Shown: one piece after another, positions 49,309 to 58,797 of the stretch
How the letters are laid out: each line of letters begins with the position of its first letter
Numbering within the stretch: the stretch's first letter is position 1
Assembly (NCBI GenBank): GCA_963745835.1
Contig: CAVUZH010000018.1
Coordinates: forward strand, 192,001-256,000
Origin: an uncultured delta proteobacterium
GTDB lineage: Bacteria; Desulfobacterota; Binatia; UBA9968
Length of the DNA stretch: 64,000 bases
Direction of reading: 5' to 3'
Notes under the pieces: generated by a model
What the model was told of the DNA's origin: nothing
What the model saw: only the letters and a program-made list of their open reading frames with translations
The model's database searches: none
Made by a program: the position numbers and the translations under genes

Positions 49309-50310
49309 TTACGCCCGCACCTTGGGTAGAACTTCCTGGCCGAGATAATCGATCTGCTCGTACCAATCGGCATAGCGGAATCGCAAGTCGAAAACGATAT
49401 GATTCAAACCGGCTTCTTCGTAGCGTTTGGTATCACGGGCGATATCCGCTGGAGTCCCCGCCATCAGCAGCCCTTCGATGTCCTCGACGGTGGAGAAGGT
49501 GCCGGACTTGGGTTTGACCCAGGTCTTTTTGCTCGGGGAATTGCCTTCGTTGATGAGCCCCTTGGTGTTGACTTTGCTGAGAGCAACGTCGCGGTTCTTA
49601 TCGATACTGGTGATCGGGATTGCGCCGGTGGTTACCATGGGCCGTCCGGCCAGCTTGCACTGCTCTTCGAGGTACTTGACCATTTTGTTAAATGTCGCCG
49701 TCGGAATACGTCCGGGCATCCAGCCGTCACAGTAATCCGCCGCGCGGCGGCATGAGGCCGGCGTTCCACCACCGTACCAGATTGGAATGGTTTTACTCGG
49801 CGTCGGTCTGAGCTCAACGTCTTTGAACTCGTAGTAGTCATCTTTATAATGGTCGACCTTTTCACCGGCCCAGAAACGGCGGCATAGCAGCGCGTTTGCC
49901 TTGGCGATGTTGGCGCGATCCTGCAAAGTAACTTTTTTATAACCTGCCGCCTCGAATTCGTGAGGAAAAGTTCCGAGGCCGAGGCCCATGATGATATTGC
50001 TGTCGCAGAGTGTGCTCAGGCCCGCAACGGCCTGCGCCAAATGAATCGGATGTCGGTGCGAAATCATCGTGCCGGTGCCGAGAATGAGTTTTTTGCACAC
50101 CGAAGCGATCGCCGCCAGTATCAACAGCCCCTCGATATGGGTGTTATCGTTTCCCTCCATGCCGTGCGGTTCAAAAACCAGGTGGTCCCTGACCCAAACC
50201 GAGTCGAAGCCATACTCTTCCGCTTTCTTCGAGCCCTCGATACAGCTTTCGGACGACGCATATTCGCCGAAATGAGGTAAGAGCAATCCAAATTTGAGTT
50301 TTGTCGCCAT
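49309..50310 (-). CDS. LLM-class flavin/F420-dependent oxidoreductase
   Basis: KFGLLLPHFG, AEEYGFDSVWVRDH, RHPIHLA, IPIWYGG. Confidence 0.92.
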   Translation of the reverse strand: MATKLKFGLLLPHFGEYASSESCIEGSKKAEEYGFDSVWVRDHLVFEPHGMEGNDNTHIEGLLILAAIASVCKKLILGTGTMISHRHPIHLAQAVAGLSTLCDSNIIMGLGLGTFPHEFEAAGYKKVTLQDRANIAKANALLCRRFWAGEKVDHYKDDYYEFKDVELRPTPSKTIPIWYGGGTPASCRRAADYCDGWMPGRIPTATFNKMVKYLEEQCKLAGRPMVTTGAIPITSIDKNRDVALSKVNTKGLINEGNSPSKKTWVKPKSGTFSTVEDIEGLLMAGTPADIARDTKRYEEAGLNHIVFDLRFRYADWYEQIDYLGQEVLPKVRA

Positions 50311-50530
50311 ATCTCTTCTCCTTATTTCTTCTCAGTTAAAAAAAATCACTTAACATATTCATTGCGGCATTGTCTATGATGGGCGCGTGATCGTTGTGCC
50401 GGCTTAAGATGTTGAAAAAGGTGCGACAATGAAAACGAATTGTGCTTTACAGCTCTGCAACCATGGGCCAACCCTGCTCAGGACGCGAGCTGATCAATTC
50501 CACCGTTCAACGGCGCGCAGCATCTACCGG

Positions 50531-50938
50531 TTAAGGCGCTTTGTGGCTTAGCTGAGGTTCATAGAGCATTTGTATGACGATGCCGTCGGGATCGGCGCAG
50601 TAGAAGGAGGCGCTGCCATCGCGATGAATTTTAAATGGGTGGACTATGGTAACGCCGGCACAACGGAACTGTTCTTCAAGCTCTTGAACCCGCTCGATGC
50701 TCTCGACGATGAAGCCGAAATGGTCCAGGTGCTGCTCCGCTGCTATGCCTGCAAAGCCGGCGGTTACCTGGTGCAGAGCAAGATTGTCGTAGCCGGACGA
50801 GAGATACACATTCTCTGGGTCCGGTTCCCAAACCACATCCATGCCGAGCATATTTTTATAAAAGCTCTTCGCCTTCGCTATATCTCTGACTTTAAGCGCA
50901 ATGTGGCGCATCCCTTTGACGCCCCCGAGTGGACTCAT
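50531..50938 (-). CDS. VOC family protein
   Basis: MRHIALKVRD, FYKNMLGM, LDHFGF, FYCADPDG. Confidence 0.9.
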   Translation of the reverse strand: MSPLGGVKGMRHIALKVRDIAKAKSFYKNMLGMDVVWEPDPENVYLSSGYDNLALHQVTAGFAGIAAEQHLDHFGFIVESIERVQELEEQFRCAGVTIVHPFKIHRDGSASFYCADPDGIVIQMLYEPQLSHKAP

Positions 50939-50954
50939 GGCAGTAATATATGAC

Positions 50955-51115
50955 ACCGTCCCGGCAACGCTGCAATCCACGCTCGGTGGTAATCGGTTCG
51001 AGCCAGTCTTGTTGAATCCGACTTGGCTCGGCGTCCGAAACGATAGCAGTTCAAGTCTGCTTTATTGACCCAATGTGGCACGGATCCTGACTCCGCCCGC
51101 AAATCGCCGGCAGGT
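50955..51115 (-). ncRNA. Candidate structured non-coding RNA, family unidentified
   Basis: Nested stems that need G-U pairs on the minus strand (CCGGCGAU/GUUGCCGG, AUCCGUGC/GCGUGGAU) enclosing two hairpins. Confidence 0.45.
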
Positions 51116-51229
51116 ATACAACGCTTCTTGGCGATTGCTCGTAGGCATTCTGGCCGTCGTCTGTTAGAGTTCACTGGCGAAAAAGTCAAATTTATGCTCT
51201 ATAAAGGAGTCTCTCCACCGTCTTCAAAC

Positions 51230-53632
51230 ATGGCAAAAGCAAAAAAAACCGGACGCGAAGTACACCCTCACCTGACCATACTAGAAGATATCAGCACGCT
51301 GATCACCCATTCTCACGATCTCCAAGACACCTTACAAAATATCGTTACAACCGTTCGCGACCGAATGGAGGCCGAGGTCTGTTCGATTTACATCCTCGAC
51401 CCGCAAAAGAAGCGCCTGACCTTGCGGGCAACCATGGGTTTAGATCCGGAATCCATCGGTAAAGTGTCGATGGCGATAGGGGAAGGGTTAACCGGTCTGG
51501 TGATCGAGCGCATGGAGCCGGTCATGGTAGTGGATGCGCTCGCGCACCCGCGCTACAGGTATTTCCCGGAAACCGGCGAAGAACGTTTTCACTCTTTCCT
51601 AGGCGTGCCGCTGTTCAACAACAAATCGCCGCTTGGCGTGCTTGTCGTTCAAACCTCGCGCCGGCGCCAATTCTCACGCGATGAAATCCGCTTGTTGATC
51701 ACCATCTCGGCTCAGGCTGCGAGTATTATCGTTCAAGCCCAGCTGGTGGAATCATTGCGCAACAAGGAACGCGAGCGCAAAGAATATCAGAAACGCATGG
51801 TCGATGCGCTGCGCAAGCTGCGCTCTTACGAGGGTCGCCGCCGCGAGAAGACATCGAAGAAAACGTCGCACAAGTGGCGCGGCCGTTTGGTTGGGCTTGC
51901 GGCATCGCCCGGATTTGGTCGGGGAAGGGCATTTGTTTTGAACCCGCGCATGGAACTCAGTGCGATTGAGAAAAAACGCGCTCGCAATCCGCAACGTGAA
52001 ATTGAAAGATTTCGCGGCGCGGTGGAGCGGGGCATCGAGCAAATAAACGTCGTCAAACAGAGAATGAGCAATCTGATCTCACGCGAGGAGGGCGCTATCT
52101 TCGATGTTTACCGGTTGATCCTCGAGGACCCGGCCATTATCCAGCAGATTGAAGCGCAAATCCGCAAAGAAAATTACGTTGCAGAATACGCCGTGCGGCT
52201 CGTCTTTGAGCAGTATTTAAGCTCGATATCGCAAATCCAAGACGAATATTTGAGAGAGCGAACCGGGGATGTTAAAGACGCGGCGCAGAGACTGTTAGAA
52301 AACCTTGCCGGGACACCCGATCAGCACATCGCCGTGCCGAGTGATGCGGTGCTGGTGGCTGAAGATCTTTCGCCCGCGGATCTGAGCATGCTTGAAGGCG
52401 ATCACTTTCGGGGCATCGTCCTGGCAACCGGCGGGGTAACGACGCATGCGTCAATTTTAGCCAAGTCGTTTGAGATTCCCAGTGTGGTCGCGGTCGAAGG
52501 GCTGATGGACATCGTGCATCAGGGAGATGCCGTCATCGTCGATGGCAATTCCGGTGTGCTTTACGTCAATCCGAATCCGGAAGTTGCCCGCGAATACGAT
52601 CGGCTCGAGCGCGACTATGCAGCGCTTAACCGCGAGCTCGAAGAATTGAAGGACGAGCCTGCCGAAACCATCGACGGTCACAGAGTTTCGCTCTACGCAA
52701 ACATCGGTCTCTTGAGCGATATTGCCTTCGCTCATCTTCATGGCGCCCAGGGGGTGGGCCTCTATCGAACCGAAATTCCGTTCTTAGCCCATCGCGATTT
52801 TCCCAGCGAAGAGGAACAGTACTCCTTATATAAGCGTGTGATCGAAGGCATGGCTGGCAAACCAGTAACGGTTCGGACCTTAGACATAGGCGCCGACAAG
52901 TATCCCTCCTATATGCGCAGCACCAAGGTGGAGCCGAATCCGTTTCTCGGTTGGCGCTCCATTCGAATCTCGCTCGACGTCGAAGAGATCTTTAAAACGC
53001 AGCTTCGTGCGATCCTGCGAGCAGGAACATTGGGGCGAGTTCGGCTTCTCATCCCGATGATCTCCAGCCTGGAAGAAGTCCTCAAAGTCAAGGAATTGTT
53101 GGCCGAGGCCAAAGATGAGCTGCAGCGAGAGTCCACTCCCTTCGACCTCAACATGGAGTTGGGGATCATGGTGGAAGTTCCGGCGGCGGTTCAACTCGCT
53201 GAGCGACTGCTGCGCGAAGTCGATTTTTTGAGCATTGGCACTAACGATTTGATCCAATACATCCTTGCGGTCGATCGCAGCAACCGCAAAGTGGCAAATC
53301 TTTATGAGCCGCTTCATCCCGCTGTTCTGGCTGCGCTTTACTCCACGATTCAGGCGGGAAAAAGAGACGGTAAAAGAGTCGGCATGTGCGGCGAGATGGC
53401 CGGCGATCCGATTTATGCGCTTGTGCTGCTCGGCATGGGTTTAGAAGAATTCAGTATGGGTTCGCTGTTCGTGCCTGTGGTTAAAAAAACCATCCGTTCG
53501 GTCACCTACGAAGCCGCCAAATCAATGGCGCGAATCGTTCTCGAGATGGATACCGCTGCCGAAATTAAGCGGTACTTGTTCGAGCGGATGCGAGAGCTGG
53601 GTATGGTCGAATTGATGGAGATGTATCATTAA
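51230..53632 (+). CDS. ptsP: GAF-domain PEP-protein phosphotransferase (EI-Ntr)
   Basis: N-terminal GAF (VCSIY, GEGLTG, FLGVP), TTHASILAK phospho-His, GVGLYRTE, RTLDIGADK, SIGTNDLIQY, MCGEMAG. Confidence 0.95.
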   Translation: MAKAKKTGREVHPHLTILEDISTLITHSHDLQDTLQNIVTTVRDRMEAEVCSIYILDPQKKRLTLRATMGLDPESIGKVSMAIGEGLTGLVIERMEPVMVVDALAHPRYRYFPETGEERFHSFLGVPLFNNKSPLGVLVVQTSRRRQFSRDEIRLLITISAQAASIIVQAQLVESLRNKERERKEYQKRMVDALRKLRSYEGRRREKTSKKTSHKWRGRLVGLAASPGFGRGRAFVLNPRMELSAIEKKRARNPQREIERFRGAVERGIEQINVVKQRMSNLISREEGAIFDVYRLILEDPAIIQQIEAQIRKENYVAEYAVRLVFEQYLSSISQIQDEYLRERTGDVKDAAQRLLENLAGTPDQHIAVPSDAVLVAEDLSPADLSMLEGDHFRGIVLATGGVTTHASILAKSFEIPSVVAVEGLMDIVHQGDAVIVDGNSGVLYVNPNPEVAREYDRLERDYAALNRELEELKDEPAETIDGHRVSLYANIGLLSDIAFAHLHGAQGVGLYRTEIPFLAHRDFPSEEEQYSLYKRVIEGMAGKPVTVRTLDIGADKYPSYMRSTKVEPNPFLGWRSIRISLDVEEIFKTQLRAILRAGTLGRVRLLIPMISSLEEVLKVKELLAEAKDELQRESTPFDLNMELGIMVEVPAAVQLAERLLREVDFLSIGTNDLIQYILAVDRSNRKVANLYEPLHPAVLAALYSTIQAGKRDGKRVGMCGEMAGDPIYALVLLGMGLEEFSMGSLFVPVVKKTIRSVTYEAAKSMARIVLEMDTAAEIKRYLFERMRELGMVELMEMYH

Positions 53633-53672
53633 GTAGAGCTGGCTGGTGGGCCTAAATTTCCTTTGGATGGGG

Positions 53673-53723
53673 TTGATTTAGACGATGACGTGAGTTAAAT
53701 TTAATTTCGAACGATCGTTCGAA
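53673..53723 (+). promoter_or_regulatory. Sigma70 promoter with a perfect 18-bp palindromic operator over the predicted +1
   Basis: TTGATT(53673)-17 bp-TAAATT(53696); TTCGAACGATCGTTCGAA at 53706-53723. Confidence 0.72.
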
Positions 53724-53749
53724 CAGGCTCCTTCCGAAAGGATTAAACC

Positions 53750-54856
53750 ATGCAGAAAATCGCAAATTTCGATGATTGGATCGATTACTTCCGTGTCTGG
53801 CAAAAAGATATCGGCTATGACCCGGCACTGTTAGGCGATTACAAGTTTGAAACCAAGCTGGGAGAACTGCACAGCTCGGAGATTGAATTTGGCGACTTCA
53901 AGGGCCAACCGAAATGGCAACGAATCGGGCAAATACCGAATCAGTCGATTCGCGATGCGCTGATGAATTTGATCGTCTATCAGGGCGATACCGAATTCGC
54001 TTCGGTGGAACAGCAAAAAAACCTGCTCGACACCGCGCCCACGGAATACGACCGTAAAGCCCTGACCCGTGTAAACAGCGAAGAAATGCGCCACGGCTGG
54101 CAGATGTGTTACCTGCTCGTCAATTACTTCGGTGATTCAGGAAAATTGGAGGCGCGTAAACTGCTCGAGCGAAGAGCTTTCCGCGGTGACCGGCTACTGG
54201 GATCTTTCAATGCCCCGGTGAAAAACTGGCTGGACTTCTTTACCTATACGGAATTTGTCGATCGAGACGGCAAGTATCAGCTGACCATGCTAAGCCATTC
54301 GGCCTTTGCGCCGCTGGCTGAGAGCGTCACCGCAATGCTCAAGGAAGAGCACTTTCACATGTTTACAGGTCACACCGGACTCACCCGTGTGCTTCGCGCC
54401 GGGCAAATTCCGGTTGCCATCGTGCAAAAATATTTCAACAAATGGTTGTCCACCGCTTATGATCTATTTGGGACCGATCATTCATCCTCTGCCAACTGGT
54501 CGTATGTCTGGGGTCTGAAGGGAAGATACGATGAACATGAAGCGACGGTGGCGGCGGACAAGGACCGATTGAACGATTTGGCCCGCGACCATTACATGGC
54601 GGAAAGCTCAAAACTAATCGATCAGCTGAACCAGCTTATTCCGGAAGGACAGCCCAAGCTTTCAGCGCCGGATTTGAAATTCAACCGCTCCATCGGTGAG
54701 CACGTCGGTAAAACTTTCAGCGTTACCGGTGAACTCTTGTCGCCGGAGGCATACAAGAAGCACTTAACCGAAGCCTTGCCGACAGCGGAAGACGAGCAAC
54801 TACTCAACGACATCATGAAAGGCAAGGAGTGGGTTTCGCAGATTCAAATGAACTAA
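53750..54856 (+). CDS. BoxB/PaaA-like ferritin-fold diiron aryl-CoA epoxidase homolog (short, 368 aa)
   Basis: LIVYQGDTEFASVEQQ, EEMRHGW, DRDGKYQL, EEHFHMF correspond to BoxB IVTQGDTEPASVEQQ, EEGRH, DRDGKFQL, EEAHHMF. Confidence 0.85.
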   Translation: MQKIANFDDWIDYFRVWQKDIGYDPALLGDYKFETKLGELHSSEIEFGDFKGQPKWQRIGQIPNQSIRDALMNLIVYQGDTEFASVEQQKNLLDTAPTEYDRKALTRVNSEEMRHGWQMCYLLVNYFGDSGKLEARKLLERRAFRGDRLLGSFNAPVKNWLDFFTYTEFVDRDGKYQLTMLSHSAFAPLAESVTAMLKEEHFHMFTGHTGLTRVLRAGQIPVAIVQKYFNKWLSTAYDLFGTDHSSSANWSYVWGLKGRYDEHEATVAADKDRLNDLARDHYMAESSKLIDQLNQLIPEGQPKLSAPDLKFNRSIGEHVGKTFSVTGELLSPEAYKKHLTEALPTAEDEQLLNDIMKGKEWVSQIQMN

Positions 54857-54915
54857 GCGGATGCATTCCACCCTGGGTTTGATGCTGCCGCCAGTTGCAA
54901 CATAAGGAGGGAGCA

Positions 54916-55239
54916 GTGAAGCGGATGTGTCTCGTCTGTCAGAATATCGATTGTAAATCTCGGGGTTCCGAGCAGCTGATGGGCGAGCTCGAGAAGCGGG
55001 TTGCGGCGAAAGGGTTGAATGATGTCGAGGTAAAGCCCTACATGTGCTTCGGCGCATGCCAAGAGGGTCCCAACATCGTTCTTTACCCTGAAAAAAGCTG
55101 GTATGCGAATGTCAAAGTCGACGACTTGGACGAGATCACTGAACACATTGCCGGCGGACCTCACGTCAAACGCTTGGACACCATCGATGCTTCGCTCAAA
55201 GAACTGATTTACCAACTTCTAGATACGGGGGTCGTTTAA
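54916..55239 (+). CDS. Thioredoxin-like [2Fe-2S] ferredoxin (NuoE C-terminal domain-like)
   Basis: RBS AAGGAGG with GTG start; VCQNIDC..MCFGACQEGP..WY. Confidence 0.88.
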   Translation: MKRMCLVCQNIDCKSRGSEQLMGELEKRVAAKGLNDVEVKPYMCFGACQEGPNIVLYPEKSWYANVKVDDLDEITEHIAGGPHVKRLDTIDASLKELIYQLLDTGVV

Positions 55240-55242
55240 CCG

Positions 55243-56502
55243 ATGGAAGGCATTCTTTTCCCCCATGGAATCCCTGAGGGTCGAGAAGAATTAAGTGATT
55301 ACCGCGGCCGCGGTGGCTATGAGGCATTAGCTCGTGCGATCAGGATGCCGGCCGAGGATATCGTCAAGCAAGTCTCTGACGCGGGGCTCCGCGGCAGGGG
55401 CGGCGCGGGATTCCCCACCGGCAAAAAATGGGAGCTTACTCGCGAGGCGCCAGAGCAAACCCGTTATCTCATCCTGAACGGTGGAGAAGATGAACCCGGC
55501 AGCAAAAAAGATCGCGTGCTGATGGAGAATGTTCCTCATCTGGTGATTGAGGGCGTGATCCTATCCGCTTACGCGATTGGCGCGGAGAAAGCATATCTTT
55601 ACATCAATGCTCAGTACGAGACCGCGATTAAAAGAATTGCCGACGCTTTGTCTGAAGCAAAGAGTGAGGCCTATTGGGGTGAAAATATTCTCGGCAGCAG
55701 TTTCAGCCTAGATATTGAAATTGTCCCAGCGCCGCACAACTATGTGGCCGGCGAGGATACGGCGGTCATCGAGGTCATCGAAGGTAAGAAAGCTTGGCCC
55801 AGGGAGAAGCCGCCGTTCCCGGTAACGGTAGGACTCTTTGGCAAACCGACGTCGGTGAACAACGTTGAAACTCTCGCCAACGTCGCTCCGATTCTTTTGC
55901 ATGGCGCCGACTGGTATCGAAAATTTGGCACCGCCGAAAGCCCCGGGACCATGATCTTTGCTCTCGACGAAGACGTGAACCGGCCCGGCGTTTATGAGCT
56001 AGAGTTCGGCACGCCGCTGCGTTATCTGATCGAAGAGTGCGGCGGCGGCTTGAAGAGTGGTAAAAAGATCAAAGCGGTTATGCCAGCCTCGCCCTCGTGC
56101 GCCTTTCTACCGCCGGAGAAAATCGACACGCCGCTTGACCACAACTCTATGCGCGAGGCCGGCGCCGGCATTGGTTGCGGCGTTATCCGCCTGGTCGGCG
56201 AAGGCGAATGTATCGTTGAAGAAGTCCTTGGCATCGCCGAATTTTTCGCCACCGAGTCCTGCGGCCAGTGCCCGGCGTGCCGCATGGAAACCAGTACGCT
56301 AGCGATGATGATGAAGAAAGTGCAGCAAGGGCAGGGCGGCAAACCGATCCTTGAACAGTTTGGCAAGATTTTGGCCTTCAACAAAGGCAAAGGATTTTGT
56401 AATCTGATCAATATGCCCGGTCCGCCGATTGAAAGCGCGCTCAAACTCTTTCCCGGTGATTTCGAAGCCCACCTGACTACCGGGAAATGCCCGGTAAACT
56501 AG
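55243..56502 (+). CDS. Stand-alone NuoF-like FMN/[4Fe-4S] NAD(P)H dehydrogenase subunit
   Basis: GLRGRGGAGFPTG, NGGEDEPGSKKDR, YVAGEDTA, VNNVETLAN, ESCGQCPACR..GFC. Confidence 0.92.
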   Translation: MEGILFPHGIPEGREELSDYRGRGGYEALARAIRMPAEDIVKQVSDAGLRGRGGAGFPTGKKWELTREAPEQTRYLILNGGEDEPGSKKDRVLMENVPHLVIEGVILSAYAIGAEKAYLYINAQYETAIKRIADALSEAKSEAYWGENILGSSFSLDIEIVPAPHNYVAGEDTAVIEVIEGKKAWPREKPPFPVTVGLFGKPTSVNNVETLANVAPILLHGADWYRKFGTAESPGTMIFALDEDVNRPGVYELEFGTPLRYLIEECGGGLKSGKKIKAVMPASPSCAFLPPEKIDTPLDHNSMREAGAGIGCGVIRLVGEGECIVEEVLGIAEFFATESCGQCPACRMETSTLAMMMKKVQQGQGGKPILEQFGKILAFNKGKGFCNLINMPGPPIESALKLFPGDFEAHLTTGKCPVN

Positions 56503-56629
56503 CAGGCTGCTGAAAAAGCCTCATAGGCTTCGTTGCACTGCGCCCGCCTCGCTTTGCCGTACTGAAGCGTGCGCCTCAGCTCTTCGGACTTCGCGCGCCT
56601 TGCATCTGAGATCTTTTTGAGCAGCCTGC
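56499..56629 (+). mobile_element. MITE-like element, copy 3, starting at the TAG stop of the NuoF-like gene
   Basis: CTAGCAGGCTGCTGAAAAA ... TTTTTGAGCAGCCTGC. Confidence 0.8.
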
Positions 56630-56689
56630 AAAGCAAAGTTTTTAAACTGCTAAACTCACCGGTTTCATTTCCGCCAGCGCCAATTCAGG

Positions 56690-56719
56690 TTGACGGTTCA
56701 AGTAACCCCTTGATAGGAT
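56690..56719 (+). promoter_or_regulatory. Sigma70-type promoter
   Basis: TTGACG-18 bp-TAGGAT with a TGn extension, upstream of ATG 56750. Confidence 0.55.
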
Positions 56720-56749
56720 CTGCCTCGGTTTAATTACGAGGTACAAAAC

Positions 56750-57578
56750 ATGCGACCGACACCGATCAAATTACCCAACGATGCGAAAATCGCCGTCAGT
56801 TTCTTCGTCGCCTTTGAGGCGTTTGAAAAATATTCGCAATATCGCGAAGGCGGAGAGAAACCTGATTTCGCATCTCTCGCTTACGGCGAATACGGCGGCA
56901 AAGCCGGCATCTGGCGGATCATGGATGTATTGGCGCGTAACCAGGTTAAAGGGACAATCGATACTAACGGCCGTATTGCCGAGGATTTTCCCGATGCGTT
57001 GAAAGAGCTTCACGCCGGCGGTCATGAGATCGTCGGTCATGGTTGGGTCAATGACACTTCTCTTATTTCGCTGGAGCCGGCTAGGGAAAAAGAGCTGATC
57101 AAGCGCACGCTCGACAGCCTTGCCTCAGTCACGGGTAATCGACCTGTGGGCTGGGTCAGCCCCGGCCATCGAATCAACGAATATACCTTCGGGCATTTCG
57201 TTGATGAGGGAATAATCTGGACCGGCGACTTACCCGGGACCCGACATTCCCCAGCATCGGATGGTCAACGGCAAACCATTGGTGATCATGCCGCGGCTCG
57301 ATTACGCCAACGATCTTTCGCTCATCTTTCGCGCCAAGAATCCCGCGCGGGTCTATTTTGAAAGCTTCAAGAGCGCTTTTGATCTGTTGTATGCGGAGGG
57401 GCAGGCCGGCTCGCCCAAGCTCATCGATGCGCTCGTGCACGCCCACATCGGTGGCAGAGCCAATATCATCGGCGTATTCGAGGAGTGCATCCGTTACGCC
57501 AAGGGGTTCAAGGACGTGTGGTTCTGTACCAAGGGTGAAATAGCGAGCTGGTATCTGGACAATTACGTACGCAAGTAA
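56750..57578 (+). CDS. Polysaccharide deacetylase family (PuuE-like); frameshift near 57235
   Basis: EYGGKAGIWRI, GHEIVGHG, RPVGWVSPG; C-terminal ND..ALVHAHIGGR..DVWF in ORF 57261..57578. Confidence 0.87.
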
Positions 57579-57588
57579 TGAGGACGAC

Positions 57589-58770
57589 ATGCCGATAAAA
57601 TCCGCAGCGGTAGAAAAATTTCTGGCGAACCTGGGCTCGACCGAGCTTTTACTGACACTCAATTGGGATGAATGGCTTACCATCGAAGCGCCCTACTCCG
57701 ATGTGAAAATTTCCAGCCAAGACGTTGTCGCGCGTTACAACCGCAATGGTTATGACTGGGACATCCATGGGACGCTGTTCACTCCGGAAAAAGAATTCGA
57801 CAGCAACAGAGCCTTTGTCTTTTTCCATGGCGGTGCCGGCAGCGAAAAAATTATGGATCTTACACCGGATGGAAGACCCGGTCTGGCGCGCGTCGTCGCA
57901 TCCCAAGGCTTTAATGTTCTGGCTCTCACATATCCGGGCCATTACCCCAAGGGGGGCGTCTGGAAACAACCGATTGCGGAGCGAATGCCGATCTACCTGG
58001 TGGACCGGGAACTGCCAACCGAAGAAATTGTCGATCGCAATTTGAAATGCACTTTCAACGTGATTCTTCAGGGTGCGGGGCTTCTCACCGACCAGCGTTT
58101 CGCCGGTCGTGAAATAATCGGCTTCGGCCACTCGACCGGTGGGCCGATGGCCGCGCATCTCACACGATTTTCCAAAAAGACCAGAGTCATTGGGCTCGTC
58201 GGCTTCGGCAGCGGCGGTCCCGATGGCTGGCGTCTGGAATGGCGCAATCAAACCGGCGCCGAAAAATACACTGAGAAACCGATCGATCACATCTCGCGCC
58301 GCTCGCCGGATTCCTTCAAAGAATCGGGCTACGTCGATCCTGAAGATCTCACGCCGTGGGGCGGAGCCGACGACTACATCCGCCTGATCAGTCCACTGCG
58401 CTCGCAGATGAAAACCAGCCTGTGCGATAACCAGCATAACGCCGCCGTCGGCATCCTCGACGAATACGTAAAACGCACCGGCTTGCCGCGCGAGGAGTAC
58501 TTTGATCATTTGCAAGAGCCCGATCCGGCTTGGCTGAAGACGATTCGCGTGCTGCTAACCGTCGGTGAAAACGACAAAGGCCACTGGGTCAAAGGCGAGC
58601 GGCTGGAACACAAGCGTGAAATGTTCATGGGCGCCAAGTACGCGGCAAGCACCCGCGGCGCGCACGTGGTTCGCATCCCGCGTTATGGCCATGTGGGCTA
58701 TTCCGAGCTGTACAATGAAAAAATCGCCTATCTCTGGCTGTGGGCATTAAAAGCGGGCTATTTCGATTGA
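57589..58770 (+). CDS. Alpha/beta hydrolase fold protein of unknown substrate
   Basis: VFFHGGAG, LTYPGH, GHSTGG nucleophile elbow, YGHVG. Confidence 0.75.
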   Translation: MPIKSAAVEKFLANLGSTELLLTLNWDEWLTIEAPYSDVKISSQDVVARYNRNGYDWDIHGTLFTPEKEFDSNRAFVFFHGGAGSEKIMDLTPDGRPGLARVVASQGFNVLALTYPGHYPKGGVWKQPIAERMPIYLVDRELPTEEIVDRNLKCTFNVILQGAGLLTDQRFAGREIIGFGHSTGGPMAAHLTRFSKKTRVIGLVGFGSGGPDGWRLEWRNQTGAEKYTEKPIDHISRRSPDSFKESGYVDPEDLTPWGGADDYIRLISPLRSQMKTSLCDNQHNAAVGILDEYVKRTGLPREEYFDHLQEPDPAWLKTIRVLLTVGENDKGHWVKGERLEHKREMFMGAKYAASTRGAHVVRIPRYGHVGYSELYNEKIAYLWLWALKAGYFD

Positions 58771-58797
58771 CGACGTCTGCTTCTGAGGAGGATTTTC

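Noticed and set aside
50983-51072. tRNA gene (T-arm-like AGCAG-TTCAAGT-CTGCT followed by CCA)
   Set aside because: No canonical D or anticodon arms, and the acceptor stem would need four G-U pairs. Kept only as an unidentified structured RNA.
54916-56502. Second complex I or hydrogenase/formate dehydrogenase diaphorase module
   Set aside because: No nuoG, hydrogenase or fdh catalytic subunit is adjacent; the only linked partner is the diiron protein.
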